DNA of 32,000 nt from Phycisphaera mikurensis NBRC 102666 (GTDB lineage: Bacteria > Planctomycetota > Phycisphaerae > Phycisphaerales > Phycisphaeraceae): the NCBI RefSeq assembly GCF_000284115.1, contig NC_017080.1:1680001-1712000 (forward strand), given 5' to 3'. This document shows positions 9,170-18,241 of the stretch, piece by piece (position 1 is the stretch's first letter; every line of letters starts with the position of its first letter). The notes under the pieces were generated by a model. The model was not told the origin of the DNA. It did no database searches and saw only the letters and a list, made by a program, of their open reading frames with translations. The translations under genes were made by a program, and so were the position numbers.

Positions 9170-10342
9170 TCAACCGGTCGCCGCGTCGTTGATCCGATCG
9201 ATCAACATCCGCAGGCGCCCGTTCGCCCGCTTGGTGCTCAGCCACGAGAGGCGGGGCAGCTCCAGCGACTCGATCTCGCCCTCCAGCGGCCCGGACTGCT
9301 CGATGCGGCCGTCGGCGACGAGCTCGGGGAACTCGGCGTTGAGCGCGTCGAGCTGGCTCTCCGAGAGCTCCTCGCGGATGCGGAGCACCATGCGGTCGCC
9401 GACGAAGCGTTGCGAGTGGTAGTTCGCGTAGAAGCGGCGGACGTGGTCGGCCGCCTCGGCGGGGCTGTCCGTGATGAAGTACAGCGAGGTGTCCTCGGGG
9501 CTGATCCAGCCGTTGTCCAGCAGGGACCCGCGGATGAAGCGGTCCCACCGCGCCCAGAAGCCGTCCTCCCCGGATCCCGGCGCGTCGACCATGACGATCG
9601 GCACCATCGGGGCCTTGCCGGTCTGGATGAGGGTGAGCGCCTCGAAGCCCTCGTCCATCGTGCCGAAGCCGCCGGGCAGCAGGGCGATGGCGTGGCTCAT
9701 CCACATGAAGACGAGCTTGCGGGTGAAGAAGTACTTGAAGCTGACCAGCTTCGGGTCGCCGATGATCAGGTCGTTCGCGCTGGTCTCAAAGGGCAGGCGG
9801 ATGGAGACCCCGAAGCTCGCGGCCCGGCCGGCCCCGCCGTGGCCGGCGCGCATGATGCCGTCGCCGGCCCCGGTGATCACCATCCAGCCGTCGGCCGCGA
9901 GGTCCTTCGCGAGGTCGACCGCCTGCCGGTAGTCGATGTGGTCCTCGGGGGTGCGTGCCGAGCCGTAGATGCTGATCTTCGGCGTCTCGTGGTACGGCCG
10001 GAAGACCGTCAGCGCGTGCCGCAGCTCCGCCGTCGCCCGGTTCACCAGCTTCACTTCGCCGGTGTCCGAGCCGTCGCGCAGCATCCGCAGGCTCGTCACG
10101 ATCATGTCGCGTACGTTGCGGCCGTGGCGGTTCTCCGGCTCGCCGCCGGCGGCCTGGATCAGCTCCCGGATCTCGTCGGAGAAGGTCTCCGCCGAGATCT
10201 TCGGGCCGGTCTGGGGGGGCTCCCGCGCCGAGTTCACCGTCGGGGCGGCGCCCAGCGGGTCGCTGGAGGCCCCGGCGTCGGGGCTGGCGGGAGGGACCGG
10301 CTTGGAGCCGGGGCGGCGGGGCTGGGAAGCGGGATCGGTCAT
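9170..10342 (-). CDS. LOG family protein (TIGR00730 / lysine-decarboxylase-like fold)
   Basis: ISIYGSARTPEDH..VITGAGDGIMRAGHGGA..LPFE..FFTRKLVFMWMSHAIALLPGGFGTMDEGFEALTLIQTGK: PGGxGTxxE motif. ATG at 10342. Confidence 0.9.
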   Translation of the reverse strand: MTDPASQPRRPGSKPVPPASPDAGASSDPLGAAPTVNSAREPPQTGPKISAETFSDEIRELIQAAGGEPENRHGRNVRDMIVTSLRMLRDGSDTGEVKLVNRATAELRHALTVFRPYHETPKISIYGSARTPEDHIDYRQAVDLAKDLAADGWMVITGAGDGIMRAGHGGAGRAASFGVSIRLPFETSANDLIIGDPKLVSFKYFFTRKLVFMWMSHAIALLPGGFGTMDEGFEALTLIQTGKAPMVPIVMVDAPGSGEDGFWARWDRFIRGSLLDNGWISPEDTSLYFITDSPAEAADHVRRFYANYHSQRFVGDRMVLRIREELSESQLDALNAEFPELVADGRIEQSGPLEGEIESLELPRLSWLSTKRANGRLRMLIDRINDAATG

Positions 10343-11331
10343 GAGGGGGTGCGGGAGGTCTGCGGCAGGCGCGGGGGGATTCGTAGGCCGCCGCGCCCGC
10401 GGGGCGGCGGCTCGGTCGCCGCCGTCCCGTCGCCGCTCCGCACGCCCAGGCGGACCAGCAGCCGCCGCCGGGTGAGGATCACCGGCCGCCAGATCCGACG
10501 CCAGAACCGGATCCACGGCGGCCGCAGAGCGTCCAGCTCCGACGCGGCCGCGGCCGCGTCGCCGGCACACACCGTGTCGGGCCGCTGGCGGATCCGGTGC
10601 TTCAGCAGGTGGTACCGGTCGCAGCGCTGCTGCGTCGCCAGCCCGCGGACCGCGAGCCATGCGGGCAGGAAACCCCGGCGGTCCGCGGCGAGAGCGAGCT
10701 GGAAATCGAGCAGGTGCGGGCGGCCCCGGGGATCGACGATGAAGTTGTCCGCCTTGTCGAGGTCGACCAGCGCGACGCCGCGGGCGTGAACGGCGGCGAC
10801 GAGCGCCTCCGCCGCCTCGAAGAAGCCGTCACCGGGGCGGGCGTCGCGTTGCAGCGGCTCGCCGACGACCCAGGCCCGGGCGAAGGCGTTCGGCTCCGGC
10901 CGATCGTCGATGACGACCTCGCCGAGGTCGACCGGCACCTCCGGCAGATCGGCCAGACGTCGATGGAAGAACCGCTCGCGGTCGGCGAGCCGCCGGCCGA
11001 GCCAGCGGAAGGGCACCCCCAGCGCCGGCTGCGTGCGGCAACGCTTCACGACCGCGTCGCCGCCGCCGTCGGCGGGGCGGTAGCGGGCGGTGAGCGCGAA
11101 GGCATCCGCCTTCAGCAGTTCGACGAGCCGGTACGCCCGCCCGGCGATCGTCACCTCCGCGGCCGGCTCCGCGGTGCCGATCGCCAGCAGCCAGGCGGGC
11201 CGCGCCTTCGTGCTGGAGCGGGCGTCGCGCAAGCGGGCAGCGTACGGACCCGCGGCCCTGTGGCTCGACGCCTGCGCAGCGCGCTGGGCCTCGCTCGGAC
11301 CGGCGATCTGCCCGCGCAGCGTGCCGGGCAC
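10339..11331 (-). CDS. Protein kinase-like / lipopolysaccharide-kinase-like protein
   Basis: HARGVALVDLDKADNFIVDPRGRPHLLDFQLAL resembles a catalytic loop (D..K.DN) and a DFQ metal-binding motif. Stop TGA overlaps the ATG of the next gene. Confidence 0.65.
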   Translation of the reverse strand: MPGTLRGQIAGPSEAQRAAQASSHRAAGPYAARLRDARSSTKARPAWLLAIGTAEPAAEVTIAGRAYRLVELLKADAFALTARYRPADGGGDAVVKRCRTQPALGVPFRWLGRRLADRERFFHRRLADLPEVPVDLGEVVIDDRPEPNAFARAWVVGEPLQRDARPGDGFFEAAEALVAAVHARGVALVDLDKADNFIVDPRGRPHLLDFQLALAADRRGFLPAWLAVRGLATQQRCDRYHLLKHRIRQRPDTVCAGDAAAAASELDALRPPWIRFWRRIWRPVILTRRRLLVRLGVRSGDGTAATEPPPRGRGGLRIPPRLPQTSRTPS

Positions 11332-11379
11332 GCCGAGGAGCAGGATCCACGCCCGCTCTGGGCGCGTGTGCGTGCGGCT

Positions 11380-11757
11380 TCACCGCAGCGCGTGCAGACC
11401 GATCGGCAGGTACACGAGACCGAACAGCAGCAACGCGGTGCCGGCCGCGGCCATCCCGATCCAGACCGGCCGCCGCGTCGACGGCGGGTAGATGCCGTCG
11501 CGGCAGCGGAGCAGACACAGGCCGCCGATCCAGAGCGTCGGCAACCCGAAGACCGGCGCCGTCAGCCCCAGCGTCGGGCAGCCGAGCATCAGCGATGCGA
11601 TGCCCAGCGTCTCGCAGGCTTTCGCCAGCGGCGGGGGCGGCGGCTGGAGCCGGCGGGCGTCGCCGCACTCCGGGCAGGCGGAACGCCATGCCGTCCCGCG
11701 TCGGTTGTACCCGCACCTCGGGCAGACCGGATCGGCCCAAGCGGGGCGCGGCTTCAT
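11380..11757 (-). CDS. Zinc-ribbon-containing small membrane protein
   Basis: MKPRPAWADPVCPRCGYNRRGTAWRSACPECGDARR (two CxxC pairs) followed by hydrophobic segments; ATG 11757 overlaps the upstream stop. Confidence 0.6.
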   Translation of the reverse strand: MKPRPAWADPVCPRCGYNRRGTAWRSACPECGDARRLQPPPPPLAKACETLGIASLMLGCPTLGLTAPVFGLPTLWIGGLCLLRCRDGIYPPSTRRPVWIGMAAAGTALLLFGLVYLPIGLHALR

Positions 11758-12179
11758 CCCGCCGCGTCCGCGTGATCGCCCACCAGCTTCGCAATGGCCT
11801 CCGCAGTCGCCACCTCCTCGACGACCACGGCGTCGGCCCCGTTCTGCCGCGCCAGCAGGCCCTGGCTGACGTAGTTGGTCCGGGCAACGATCCAGCACCG
11901 CGGCTTGATCGCGTTGGCGACCTCGGCGGCGCGGACGGCGTCGGCCTCGTCGGGCATCGTGAGCACGAGGTACGCCGCGTCGGGCAGGCCCGCCTCGCGC
12001 AGCGTGCGGGCGTCGCAGGCGGAGCCCACGAGGAACCGCCGCGGGCCCTCGGGCTGCCGCGCGACGACGTCCTCATTGCGTTCGATCACGGTCACCCCGA
12101 AGCCGCGCGCCTCCAGCGCCTCCACCGCGGCCCGACCGACGATGCCGAAGCCGGCCACGATCGCCGGAGCCGGCCTCAC
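11754..12179 (-). CDS. TrkA-N (RCK, NAD-binding) domain protein
   Basis: VRPAPAIVAGFGIVGRAAVEALEARGFGVTVIERNEDVV..FLVGSACDARTLREAGLPDAAYLVLTMPDEADAVRAAEVANAI: Rossmann TrkA-N pattern. GTG start overlaps the upstream TGA. Confidence 0.85.
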   Translation of the reverse strand: MRPAPAIVAGFGIVGRAAVEALEARGFGVTVIERNEDVVARQPEGPRRFLVGSACDARTLREAGLPDAAYLVLTMPDEADAVRAAEVANAIKPRCWIVARTNYVSQGLLARQNGADAVVVEEVATAEAIAKLVGDHADAAG

Positions 12180-14089
12180 GACAGCGACCGGTAGGCGTCG
12201 ACGTCGGCGCCTCTGAGGCACGCGGCGATGATCTTCTTGCCGCGGGGATCCAGCTCCGGGTGGTCGAAGTCGGCGAGCTGCTTGGCGAAGAAGCCCTTGA
12301 GGATGTCCGCCCCGGCGTCGTAGCCGGCCTCGCCCACCTCCTTCTGCTTCGAGACGTCGGTGAACCAGGTGCCGACCACCTGACCCTCCACCTGGATCGT
12401 CTCCTTGTGCAGCCCCAGCAGCGGGCACCGGGCCGGCACGAGGTCGCCGGGGCGGAAAGCGGCCGAGCCGCGGCGGGCGAGGTACTCCCGCGAGATCCAC
12501 TGCGGCGCGAAGCCGACCTCCCAGCAGCCGATGTGCTGGTTGGGGATCAGCACGAAGAGCGTGTCGGACGTCCGGAGGATCTGGTCGAGCAGGATGTTCG
12601 CCTGGTCGACGCGGCGGCCCGTGGCGAAGGGCCAGTAGCTGCCCACGCCTTCGCTGGTCATGCCGCCCCGGTCGACGATGGAGGGGTTGCCGTGCCCGCG
12701 CGGCGCCACCAGCCGCCACAGCCACGCCAGCGACGGCGGCAGCACGTGGAAGAGACCCATGATCCCGTAGGTCGGCCGGTCGGCCGTGCAGGGGGGGCAG
12801 CGGACGCCGAAGCTGCGGATGTCCACGGTCACCGGCTCGTCGACGATGCCGGGGTAATCGGCCCGGGGCAGCACCACGCGCGGGTTCGGGCACGGCACCG
12901 CCGGCGTGGTCTCGGTGGCTTCCCGGTCGATCACCGGCTCCCAGATCAGCGCGGTCGCGCCGGGGTGCGCCTCGATGTTGAGGAAGACCAGCGGCGTCTT
13001 GGGGTGGACGGTCAGCGCCTCGAGGTGCGGGTCGGTGCCGTACGCCTCGATGTGGTTGACGCGGAGGAACCAGGCTTGCTCGGCGTCGATCACCGTCAGC
13101 TTCTTGGGGCTTCCCGGCCCGGACCGCTCCGCGTGGCCCGGCTGCTGCAGCGACGGGTGGCACAGCGCCATGTCGTCGGTCACCGGGCGCAGCTCGCAGC
13201 CGTGCGGCAGCGTCATGTACCGCGTCTCGCCGGTGACCACGTTGGTGCCCTTGCGGAGCCGGCCGTCGGCCTCGCGGTGCATCTGCTCGAGCATCTCGCT
13301 CTTGCCGCCGCCGCTCGCCCCCTCGTGCATGATCGTGGTGACGTTGTCGTAGGGCGTTACCACCTGCACGGTGGAGCAGTGGGCGGTGGTCCAGCTCTGC
13401 TCGTCGCGCTCGCCCGCGGTCAGCAGCATCCCGTACACGCCCTTCTTCGCCGACGGGCCCGGGTACAGGTTGTAGCTGTAGAGTTCGTGCAGGTCGTAGC
13501 CGCCGTCGAAGCGGCGGTTGTGGACGACGACCTGCTTGCCGCCGAAGCGGGTGTGGCGGAAGGGCGGGGCGACGTAGACGATCGCGCCGTGGTGGTAGGC
13601 GGCGCCCTCGGCGACGACCTCGTCGATCGGCTTGATGCCCTGCAGCATCGCGAGCGCGGCGGCGAAGAAGGCGGCGTTCCGCGGGCAGATCGCCACGGCC
13701 TGCAGCGCCTGGCCGGGCATCCCGGTGGAGAAGAACTGGCAGATCAGCTCCTGGCCTTTGAGCCACTCGAACGTCGCCTGGCGGGTCTGTTCGAAGCCGC
13801 CGAGGTCCTTCCCCCACCGCTCGTCCCAAGTGGCCTTGTCGGTGGCCCGCGCGTCGGCGATCACCATGCAGTCGGGGTCGCGCCGACGCATGTACGGATC
13901 GAGGTAGTTCGCCGCGACGCCGTTCTTCACGCGGCAGACCTCGGCCTCCCGCTTCCACGCGCCGCCGGCGTCGTAACCGACCTCGAAGAAGCCGCGGCCA
14001 TCGGTCTCACCCTCCGGCACGGCCAGCGCGGCCAGCTCGGCGACGGAGCTGGCGTAGTGCACCTTCGGTGCGGCTTCGAGCACCGCCAT
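12176..14089 (-). CDS. Large P-loop protein, PEP-carboxykinase-like (tentatively the DUF4914 type)
   Basis: 637 aa; MAVLEAAPKVHYASSVAEL..; P-loop TTIMHEGASGGGKSEMLEQMHREADGR. Length and motif arrangement resemble my recollection of DUF4914 proteins; family assignment needs a profile search. Confidence 0.6.
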   Translation of the reverse strand: MAVLEAAPKVHYASSVAELAALAVPEGETDGRGFFEVGYDAGGAWKREAEVCRVKNGVAANYLDPYMRRRDPDCMVIADARATDKATWDERWGKDLGGFEQTRQATFEWLKGQELICQFFSTGMPGQALQAVAICPRNAAFFAAALAMLQGIKPIDEVVAEGAAYHHGAIVYVAPPFRHTRFGGKQVVVHNRRFDGGYDLHELYSYNLYPGPSAKKGVYGMLLTAGERDEQSWTTAHCSTVQVVTPYDNVTTIMHEGASGGGKSEMLEQMHREADGRLRKGTNVVTGETRYMTLPHGCELRPVTDDMALCHPSLQQPGHAERSGPGSPKKLTVIDAEQAWFLRVNHIEAYGTDPHLEALTVHPKTPLVFLNIEAHPGATALIWEPVIDREATETTPAVPCPNPRVVLPRADYPGIVDEPVTVDIRSFGVRCPPCTADRPTYGIMGLFHVLPPSLAWLWRLVAPRGHGNPSIVDRGGMTSEGVGSYWPFATGRRVDQANILLDQILRTSDTLFVLIPNQHIGCWEVGFAPQWISREYLARRGSAAFRPGDLVPARCPLLGLHKETIQVEGQVVGTWFTDVSKQKEVGEAGYDAGADILKGFFAKQLADFDHPELDPRGKKIIAACLRGADVDAYRSLS

Positions 14090-14308
14090 CGCGGAGCTGG
14101 AGAGGGTGACGCCGGGAAGCTGGTCGATGGGCAACGGGTGTGATCTCGGGGCTGCGGGCGTTCGGAGGCGGGGCGGTGGGGGCCGCAAACCTAGCGTGGA
14201 ACACACGCTCCGCGTGTCGTGTGCTCGGGCCCGACGCCGCTGCGCCGATCGGAGATCCCGACGTGCGGCGTGCCGCGCACGCCGGGGTGCGTGCGGCATC
14301 ATGCGTGG

Positions 14309-15133
14309 ATGGAGCTCAGCGTCGTCGATGCCTTCGTCCGGGATCGCCAGCCCTTCACCGGGAACCCCGCCGCGGTCTGCCTCCTGCGGGGAGCCCATTG
14401 GCCGGCCGATGCGTGGATGCAGGCCCTCGCCGAGGAGATGAATCTCTCGGAGACCGCTTTCGTGCGGCCGACCGCCGAGCCCGACCTCTTCGGCCTCCGC
14501 TGGTTTACGCCCAAGGATGAGGTGCAGCTGTGCGGCCACGCGACACTGGCCGCGGCTCACGCGCTCGCGGAGGCGGGCCGGATCGGCGGCCGCGTCCGCT
14601 TCGACCTCAAGTGGCACGGCGAGATCGGCGTGGACGCCGCGGCCGGCGGCGGCTGGACGCTCGGCTTCCCGGCGCAGGCCTGCGGCGAGGCCGAGCCGCC
14701 GGAGGGGCTGATCGACGCGATGAAGCTGCAGCGCGGGGAGGTCCGCTGGATTGGCTTCGGTCCGTACGACTGGGTGATCGAGCTGGCCGACGCCGCGGCG
14801 GTGGAGGCCGTGGCGCCAGCGTTCGAGGCCCTCGCCGGGTTCGACTGCCGCGGCGTGGCTGTCTGCGCCGCCGACGGCACCGACGGCTACGCCTGCCGCT
14901 TCTTCGCTCCCGCTCTCCGCATCGCCGAGGACCCGGTCACCGGGTCGCTGCAGTGCGTGCTCGGCCCCCGCTTCGCCGCCCGGCTCGGCCGGACCTCGCT
15001 GCGGGCCCGCCAGCTCTCCCGGCGAGGCGGCGAGCTGCGGGTCGGGGTCGACGAGGCGGCAGGGCGGGTCCGCATCGGCGGCAACGCGCTGACGATCTGG
15101 CGCGGCGAGCTGGCGGCCCTCGCACGGCCGTGA
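14309..15133 (+). CDS. PhzF family isomerase-like protein
   Basis: VVDAFVRDRQPFTGNPAAVCLL..MQALAEEMNLSETAFV..LRWFTPKDEVQLCGHATLAAAHAL..EDPVTGSLQC: PhzF signature. Confidence 0.92.
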   Translation: MELSVVDAFVRDRQPFTGNPAAVCLLRGAHWPADAWMQALAEEMNLSETAFVRPTAEPDLFGLRWFTPKDEVQLCGHATLAAAHALAEAGRIGGRVRFDLKWHGEIGVDAAAGGGWTLGFPAQACGEAEPPEGLIDAMKLQRGEVRWIGFGPYDWVIELADAAAVEAVAPAFEALAGFDCRGVAVCAADGTDGYACRFFAPALRIAEDPVTGSLQCVLGPRFAARLGRTSLRARQLSRRGGELRVGVDEAAGRVRIGGNALTIWRGELAALARP

Positions 15134-15219
15134 TCCCGCGGACCGTCGCCGATTCCTGGCCGCGAGCCCCGCGGTCCGCGGATCCGGGGCGTTCGCGGGG
15201 TTCCCGTACGCTCCGCCGC

Positions 15220-16203
15220 ATGAGCGTGGAGCGTGTGGATCTGGGTGATGGCGCCGAGGCGCGGGACCCCGCGGTGCGTGCCGTGGGCGAGGCGGCGGTG
15301 CCGGCGGGCGGCGTCCCCCGGGTCCGCGTGCTGCTGCTCGTCAACGCCGGCAAGGAGCCGGTGCTCGAGGCGCTGCGGAGCTTCGAGCCGTGGCTGGAGG
15401 AGCGGGCCGAGGTGGTCGGCCGCTTCGAGACCGGCGACACGGCCGGCCGCGAGGACGAGCTGCCCGACGCCGACGTGGCGATGGTGCTCGGCGGCGACGG
15501 CACCTTCCTCAGCCAGGCCCGGGTCCTCGTGGATCGCGGCGTCCCGATGCTCGGGATCAACTTCGGCAAGGTCGGCTTCCTCGCCGAGTGGGACATCGAC
15601 TACGTGAAGCGGCACTGGGCGTCGATCGCCTGCGGCGGCTGCCGCGTGACGCAGCGGATCCTGATGGACGTCGACGTCTACGGCCCCGAGGTCCCGCTCT
15701 ACGACACCGGTGCCCACGAGCCGCTGTCAACGCACCTGGCGATGAACGACGCCGTCATCAACGCCGGCCCGCCGTACCGGGTGTGCGAGTTCGACCTCGC
15801 GATCGAGCCCGCCGAGGTCCGCCAGCCCGCCGTCACGATCGCCGGCGACGGCATCGTCGTCTCCACGCCCTCGGGTTCGACCGCGTACAACCTCTCCGCC
15901 GGCGGGCCGATCGTCTCGCCGGGCGTCGAGGCGATGATGATCACCGCGCTCTCGCCGTACACGCTGGCCTTCCGCCCGATCGTCTTCGGGGCCGACGCGG
16001 ACGTCTGGATCACGCTCACCCGCGGCAACGACGGCACCGCTCTGGTCATCGACGGCCAGGCCGCCGCCGTGCTCGAGGAGGGCAGCCACGTCCACGTCCG
16101 CCGCCACCACCCGATGCTCACGCTGATCCAGAACCCCGAGCTGACCTACTGGTCAATGCTCTCGCACAAGATGCGGTGGGCGGTGCGGCCGCGGAAGGAT
16201 TGA
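15220..16203 (+). CDS. nadK: NAD kinase
   Basis: DVAMVLGGDGTFLSQARVL..PMLGINFGKVGFLAE..NDAVIN..DGIVVSTPSGSTAYNLSAGGPIVSPGVEAMMITALSPYTLAFRPIVF. Confidence 0.93.
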   Translation: MSVERVDLGDGAEARDPAVRAVGEAAVPAGGVPRVRVLLLVNAGKEPVLEALRSFEPWLEERAEVVGRFETGDTAGREDELPDADVAMVLGGDGTFLSQARVLVDRGVPMLGINFGKVGFLAEWDIDYVKRHWASIACGGCRVTQRILMDVDVYGPEVPLYDTGAHEPLSTHLAMNDAVINAGPPYRVCEFDLAIEPAEVRQPAVTIAGDGIVVSTPSGSTAYNLSAGGPIVSPGVEAMMITALSPYTLAFRPIVFGADADVWITLTRGNDGTALVIDGQAAAVLEEGSHVHVRRHHPMLTLIQNPELTYWSMLSHKMRWAVRPRKD

Positions 16204-16232
16204 GGGGGGGGGGCAGCGGCTACGCCGCTCAA

Positions 16233-16352
16233 GCGGAGAAGCGGGGAAGCGAAGAAGCGAAGAAGCGAAGAAGTGGGGGAGCGAAGAAGTGGGGGAGCGA
16301 AGAAGCGGAGAAGCGTAGAAGCCAAGAAGCGGGGAAGCGAAGAAGTCGGAAA
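16233..16352. repeat. Second tandem octamer array, 15 contiguous GYGRRGRA-type units
   Basis: 8-nt phased units: gcggagaa gcggggaa gcgaagaa x3 gtggggga gcgaagaa gtggggga gcgaagaa gcggagaa gcgtagaa gccaagaa gcggggaa gcgaagaa gtcggaaa. Confidence 0.9.
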
Positions 16353-16394
16353 GAGCAGACGCGGCCCCGGGCGGTCGAGGCAGCGGCCGCGGCC

Positions 16395-16434
16395 TGTCTG
16401 ACTTCCTCACTTCCGAACTTCTTCGCTTCTCCGC
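16395..16434. repeat. Inverted partner arm of the second octamer array (5 units on the opposite strand)
   Basis: Reverse complement reads gcggagaa gcgaagaa gttcggaa gtgaggaa gtcagaca. Confidence 0.8.
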
Positions 16435-16457
16435 TTGCCTGGCGCAGCCATGCTCCC

Positions 16458-17717
16458 TCACGCCTCCTCCAACACCGCCACGCCCACTTCCACCACCCGC
16501 GTGCGCTCCGCCTTGAGCACCTCGAACCGGCACCCGCAGTCCTCGAAGGCTTCCCCCGCCACCGGGATGTGGCCGAGCTTCGAAAAGACGAAGCCGGCGA
16601 GCGTCTCGTAGTCGCCGTCGTCGGGCAGGTCCAGATTCATCGCGTCGTTGAGCACGTCCACGTGCATGCGGGCGTCGACGACGGCGCGGCGTCCGTCGGC
16701 GTCCATCTCCAGCGCGGGCTCTTCGTCCTTCTCCTCGTACTCGTCGTGGATCTCGCCGACGATCTCCTCGAGGATGTCCTCGATGGTGACCAGCCCGGCG
16801 GTCCCGCCGTACTCGTCGAGCACCACGGCGAGGTGGACCTGGCGGCGGCGGAACTCGGCGAGCATCTCGCGGACGCTCTTGGTCTCGGGCACCAGCAGCG
16901 GCTCACGCCACACCGCGGCGAGCTCGAAGGCCTCGGGGCGGTTGAGGAATGCGATGAGGTCCTTCACGTAGAGCAGGCCGACGATCTCGTCGAGGCTCTC
17001 GCGGTACACCGGGATGCGGGAGTGACCGGCGGCCATCACGGCGTCCTGCACCTCCTGCAGGTTCAGACCCTCGGGCAGGCCCTCGACGTCGGTCCGCGGG
17101 GTCATGATCTCGGCGACGGTGGTCTCGGACATCTCCACGACGCCCTCGATCATCTGCCGCTGGGCCTCGTCCACCGTGAGTTCCTCGTCGTGCCGCTCGA
17201 CCGCGTCGAGCACCTGCTCGGCGAGGTCGTCCTCCTCGTCGTGCAGCTCCACGCCCGAGACGCGGCGGACCATCGGGTCGATGACGCGCAGCGGGAAGGT
17301 GAGCGGGAAGAGCGCGATCCGCAGCGCGTGCAGCACCGGGATGCTCCACAGCAGCAGCCGCTCGCGGCGGTACGCGGCCCAGTAGACCGGGACCGCCACG
17401 GTGAAGACGCCCATCAGGACGACGGCCAGCGCGGCGGCGAAGCCGTAGCGGCGCCAGCCCGCGTCGACGCCGGCCAGCTCGAACACGCGGTAGCCGGCGA
17501 GCACCAGCACCATCGCGGCGGTCGCCCGCGCGACGCCGGTGGCCAGCAGCAGATCCGGCACCTCCGCGACCACGCGGGCGAGCCGGTCCTCGCGGCCCCG
17601 TTGCTCGAGCAGCTCGGCGAGGCGGCGGCGGCTGAGGATCTTCAGCGCGTTGTGGCAGGCGGCGAAGTAGCTGGCGGCGATGCCGGCGATCCCGATGAGC
17701 ACAACGGTGGCCGTCAC
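16458..17717 (-). CDS. CorC/HlyC-family (CBS domain pair) membrane protein
   Basis: N-terminal TM segments, TTVAEIMTPRTDVEGLP..SRIPVYRESLDEIVGLLYVKDL..VHLAVVLDEYGGTAGLVTIEDILEEIVGEIHDEYE.. Confidence 0.92.
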   Translation of the reverse strand: MTATVVLIGIAGIAASYFAACHNALKILSRRRLAELLEQRGREDRLARVVAEVPDLLLATGVARATAAMVLVLAGYRVFELAGVDAGWRRYGFAAALAVVLMGVFTVAVPVYWAAYRRERLLLWSIPVLHALRIALFPLTFPLRVIDPMVRRVSGVELHDEEDDLAEQVLDAVERHDEELTVDEAQRQMIEGVVEMSETTVAEIMTPRTDVEGLPEGLNLQEVQDAVMAAGHSRIPVYRESLDEIVGLLYVKDLIAFLNRPEAFELAAVWREPLLVPETKSVREMLAEFRRRQVHLAVVLDEYGGTAGLVTIEDILEEIVGEIHDEYEEKDEEPALEMDADGRRAVVDARMHVDVLNDAMNLDLPDDGDYETLAGFVFSKLGHIPVAGEAFEDCGCRFEVLKAERTRVVEVGVAVLEEA

Positions 17718-18241
17718 CGCGCAGCCTCCGGCTTGAAGAAGACCGGCCCGTGGCCCAGCGACGCCAGGATCGCGTCTTCCCGCTCGTGCATGCGGCGGTG
17801 GCCGGCGGGGCTGTGGTCGTCCTCGCCGTCGAGGTGCAGCAGGCCGTGGACCGCGTAGAGCAGCAGCTCCAGCCGCGCGTCGTGTCCGAGCTCCGCGGCC
17901 CGCCGGACGGCCTCGTCGCGGCAGAGCACGAGGTCGCCATCGATCGGCGACCGGGGGTCGTCCCGGTTGTCGAAGGTCAGCACGTCGGTGGTGCCGGACA
18001 CGCCGCTGTGCAGGCGGTGCAGAGCCTCCATCGCCGCGTCATTCACCACGCGGATCGCGAGCGTGGCACCCCCTAGGCCGGCGCCGCGGACCGCGGCGGC
18101 CAGCTGCTCCGCGAGCCAGCCGTCCGCGGGCGGATCGACGTCGGGTGCGTCGAGGTCGCAGGTGATGTCGGGGGCGGCGGGAGCGGGGACCGAACTGGGA
18201 GGTTCGTCGGCCTCGGCGTCGCCGCGGGTCGTGTCGTTCAT
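17714..18241 (-). CDS. ybeY: Endoribonuclease YbeY
   Basis: TTDVLTF..GDLVLCRDEAVRRAAELGHDARLELLLYAVHGLLHLDGEDDHSPAGHRRMHERED. ATG 18241 overlaps the upstream TGA. Confidence 0.88.
   Translation of the reverse strand: MNDTTRGDAEADEPPSSVPAPAAPDITCDLDAPDVDPPADGWLAEQLAAAVRGAGLGGATLAIRVVNDAAMEALHRLHSGVSGTTDVLTFDNRDDPRSPIDGDLVLCRDEAVRRAAELGHDARLELLLYAVHGLLHLDGEDDHSPAGHRRMHEREDAILASLGHGPVFFKPEAAR

Noticed and set aside
11754-13958. 734-aa minus-strand ORF overlapping the PEPCK-like gene in another frame
   Set aside because: Only the last 141 aa (TrkA-N, from GTG 12179) look like real protein; the upstream part is out-of-frame Arg/Pro-rich translation of the P-loop gene.
14235-14300. Short hairpin ACACGC-TCC-GCGTGT and GCGTGC/GCACGC repeats between the divergent P-loop and phzF genes
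   Set aside because: Small, GC-rich and not matched elsewhere in the window. It could be an operator but nothing supports this beyond composition.
16204-16213. G10 homopolymer immediately after the nadK stop
   Set aside because: It lies outside the coding sequence and is not obviously regulatory; could matter only as a sequencing-quality warning or as part of the repeat flank.
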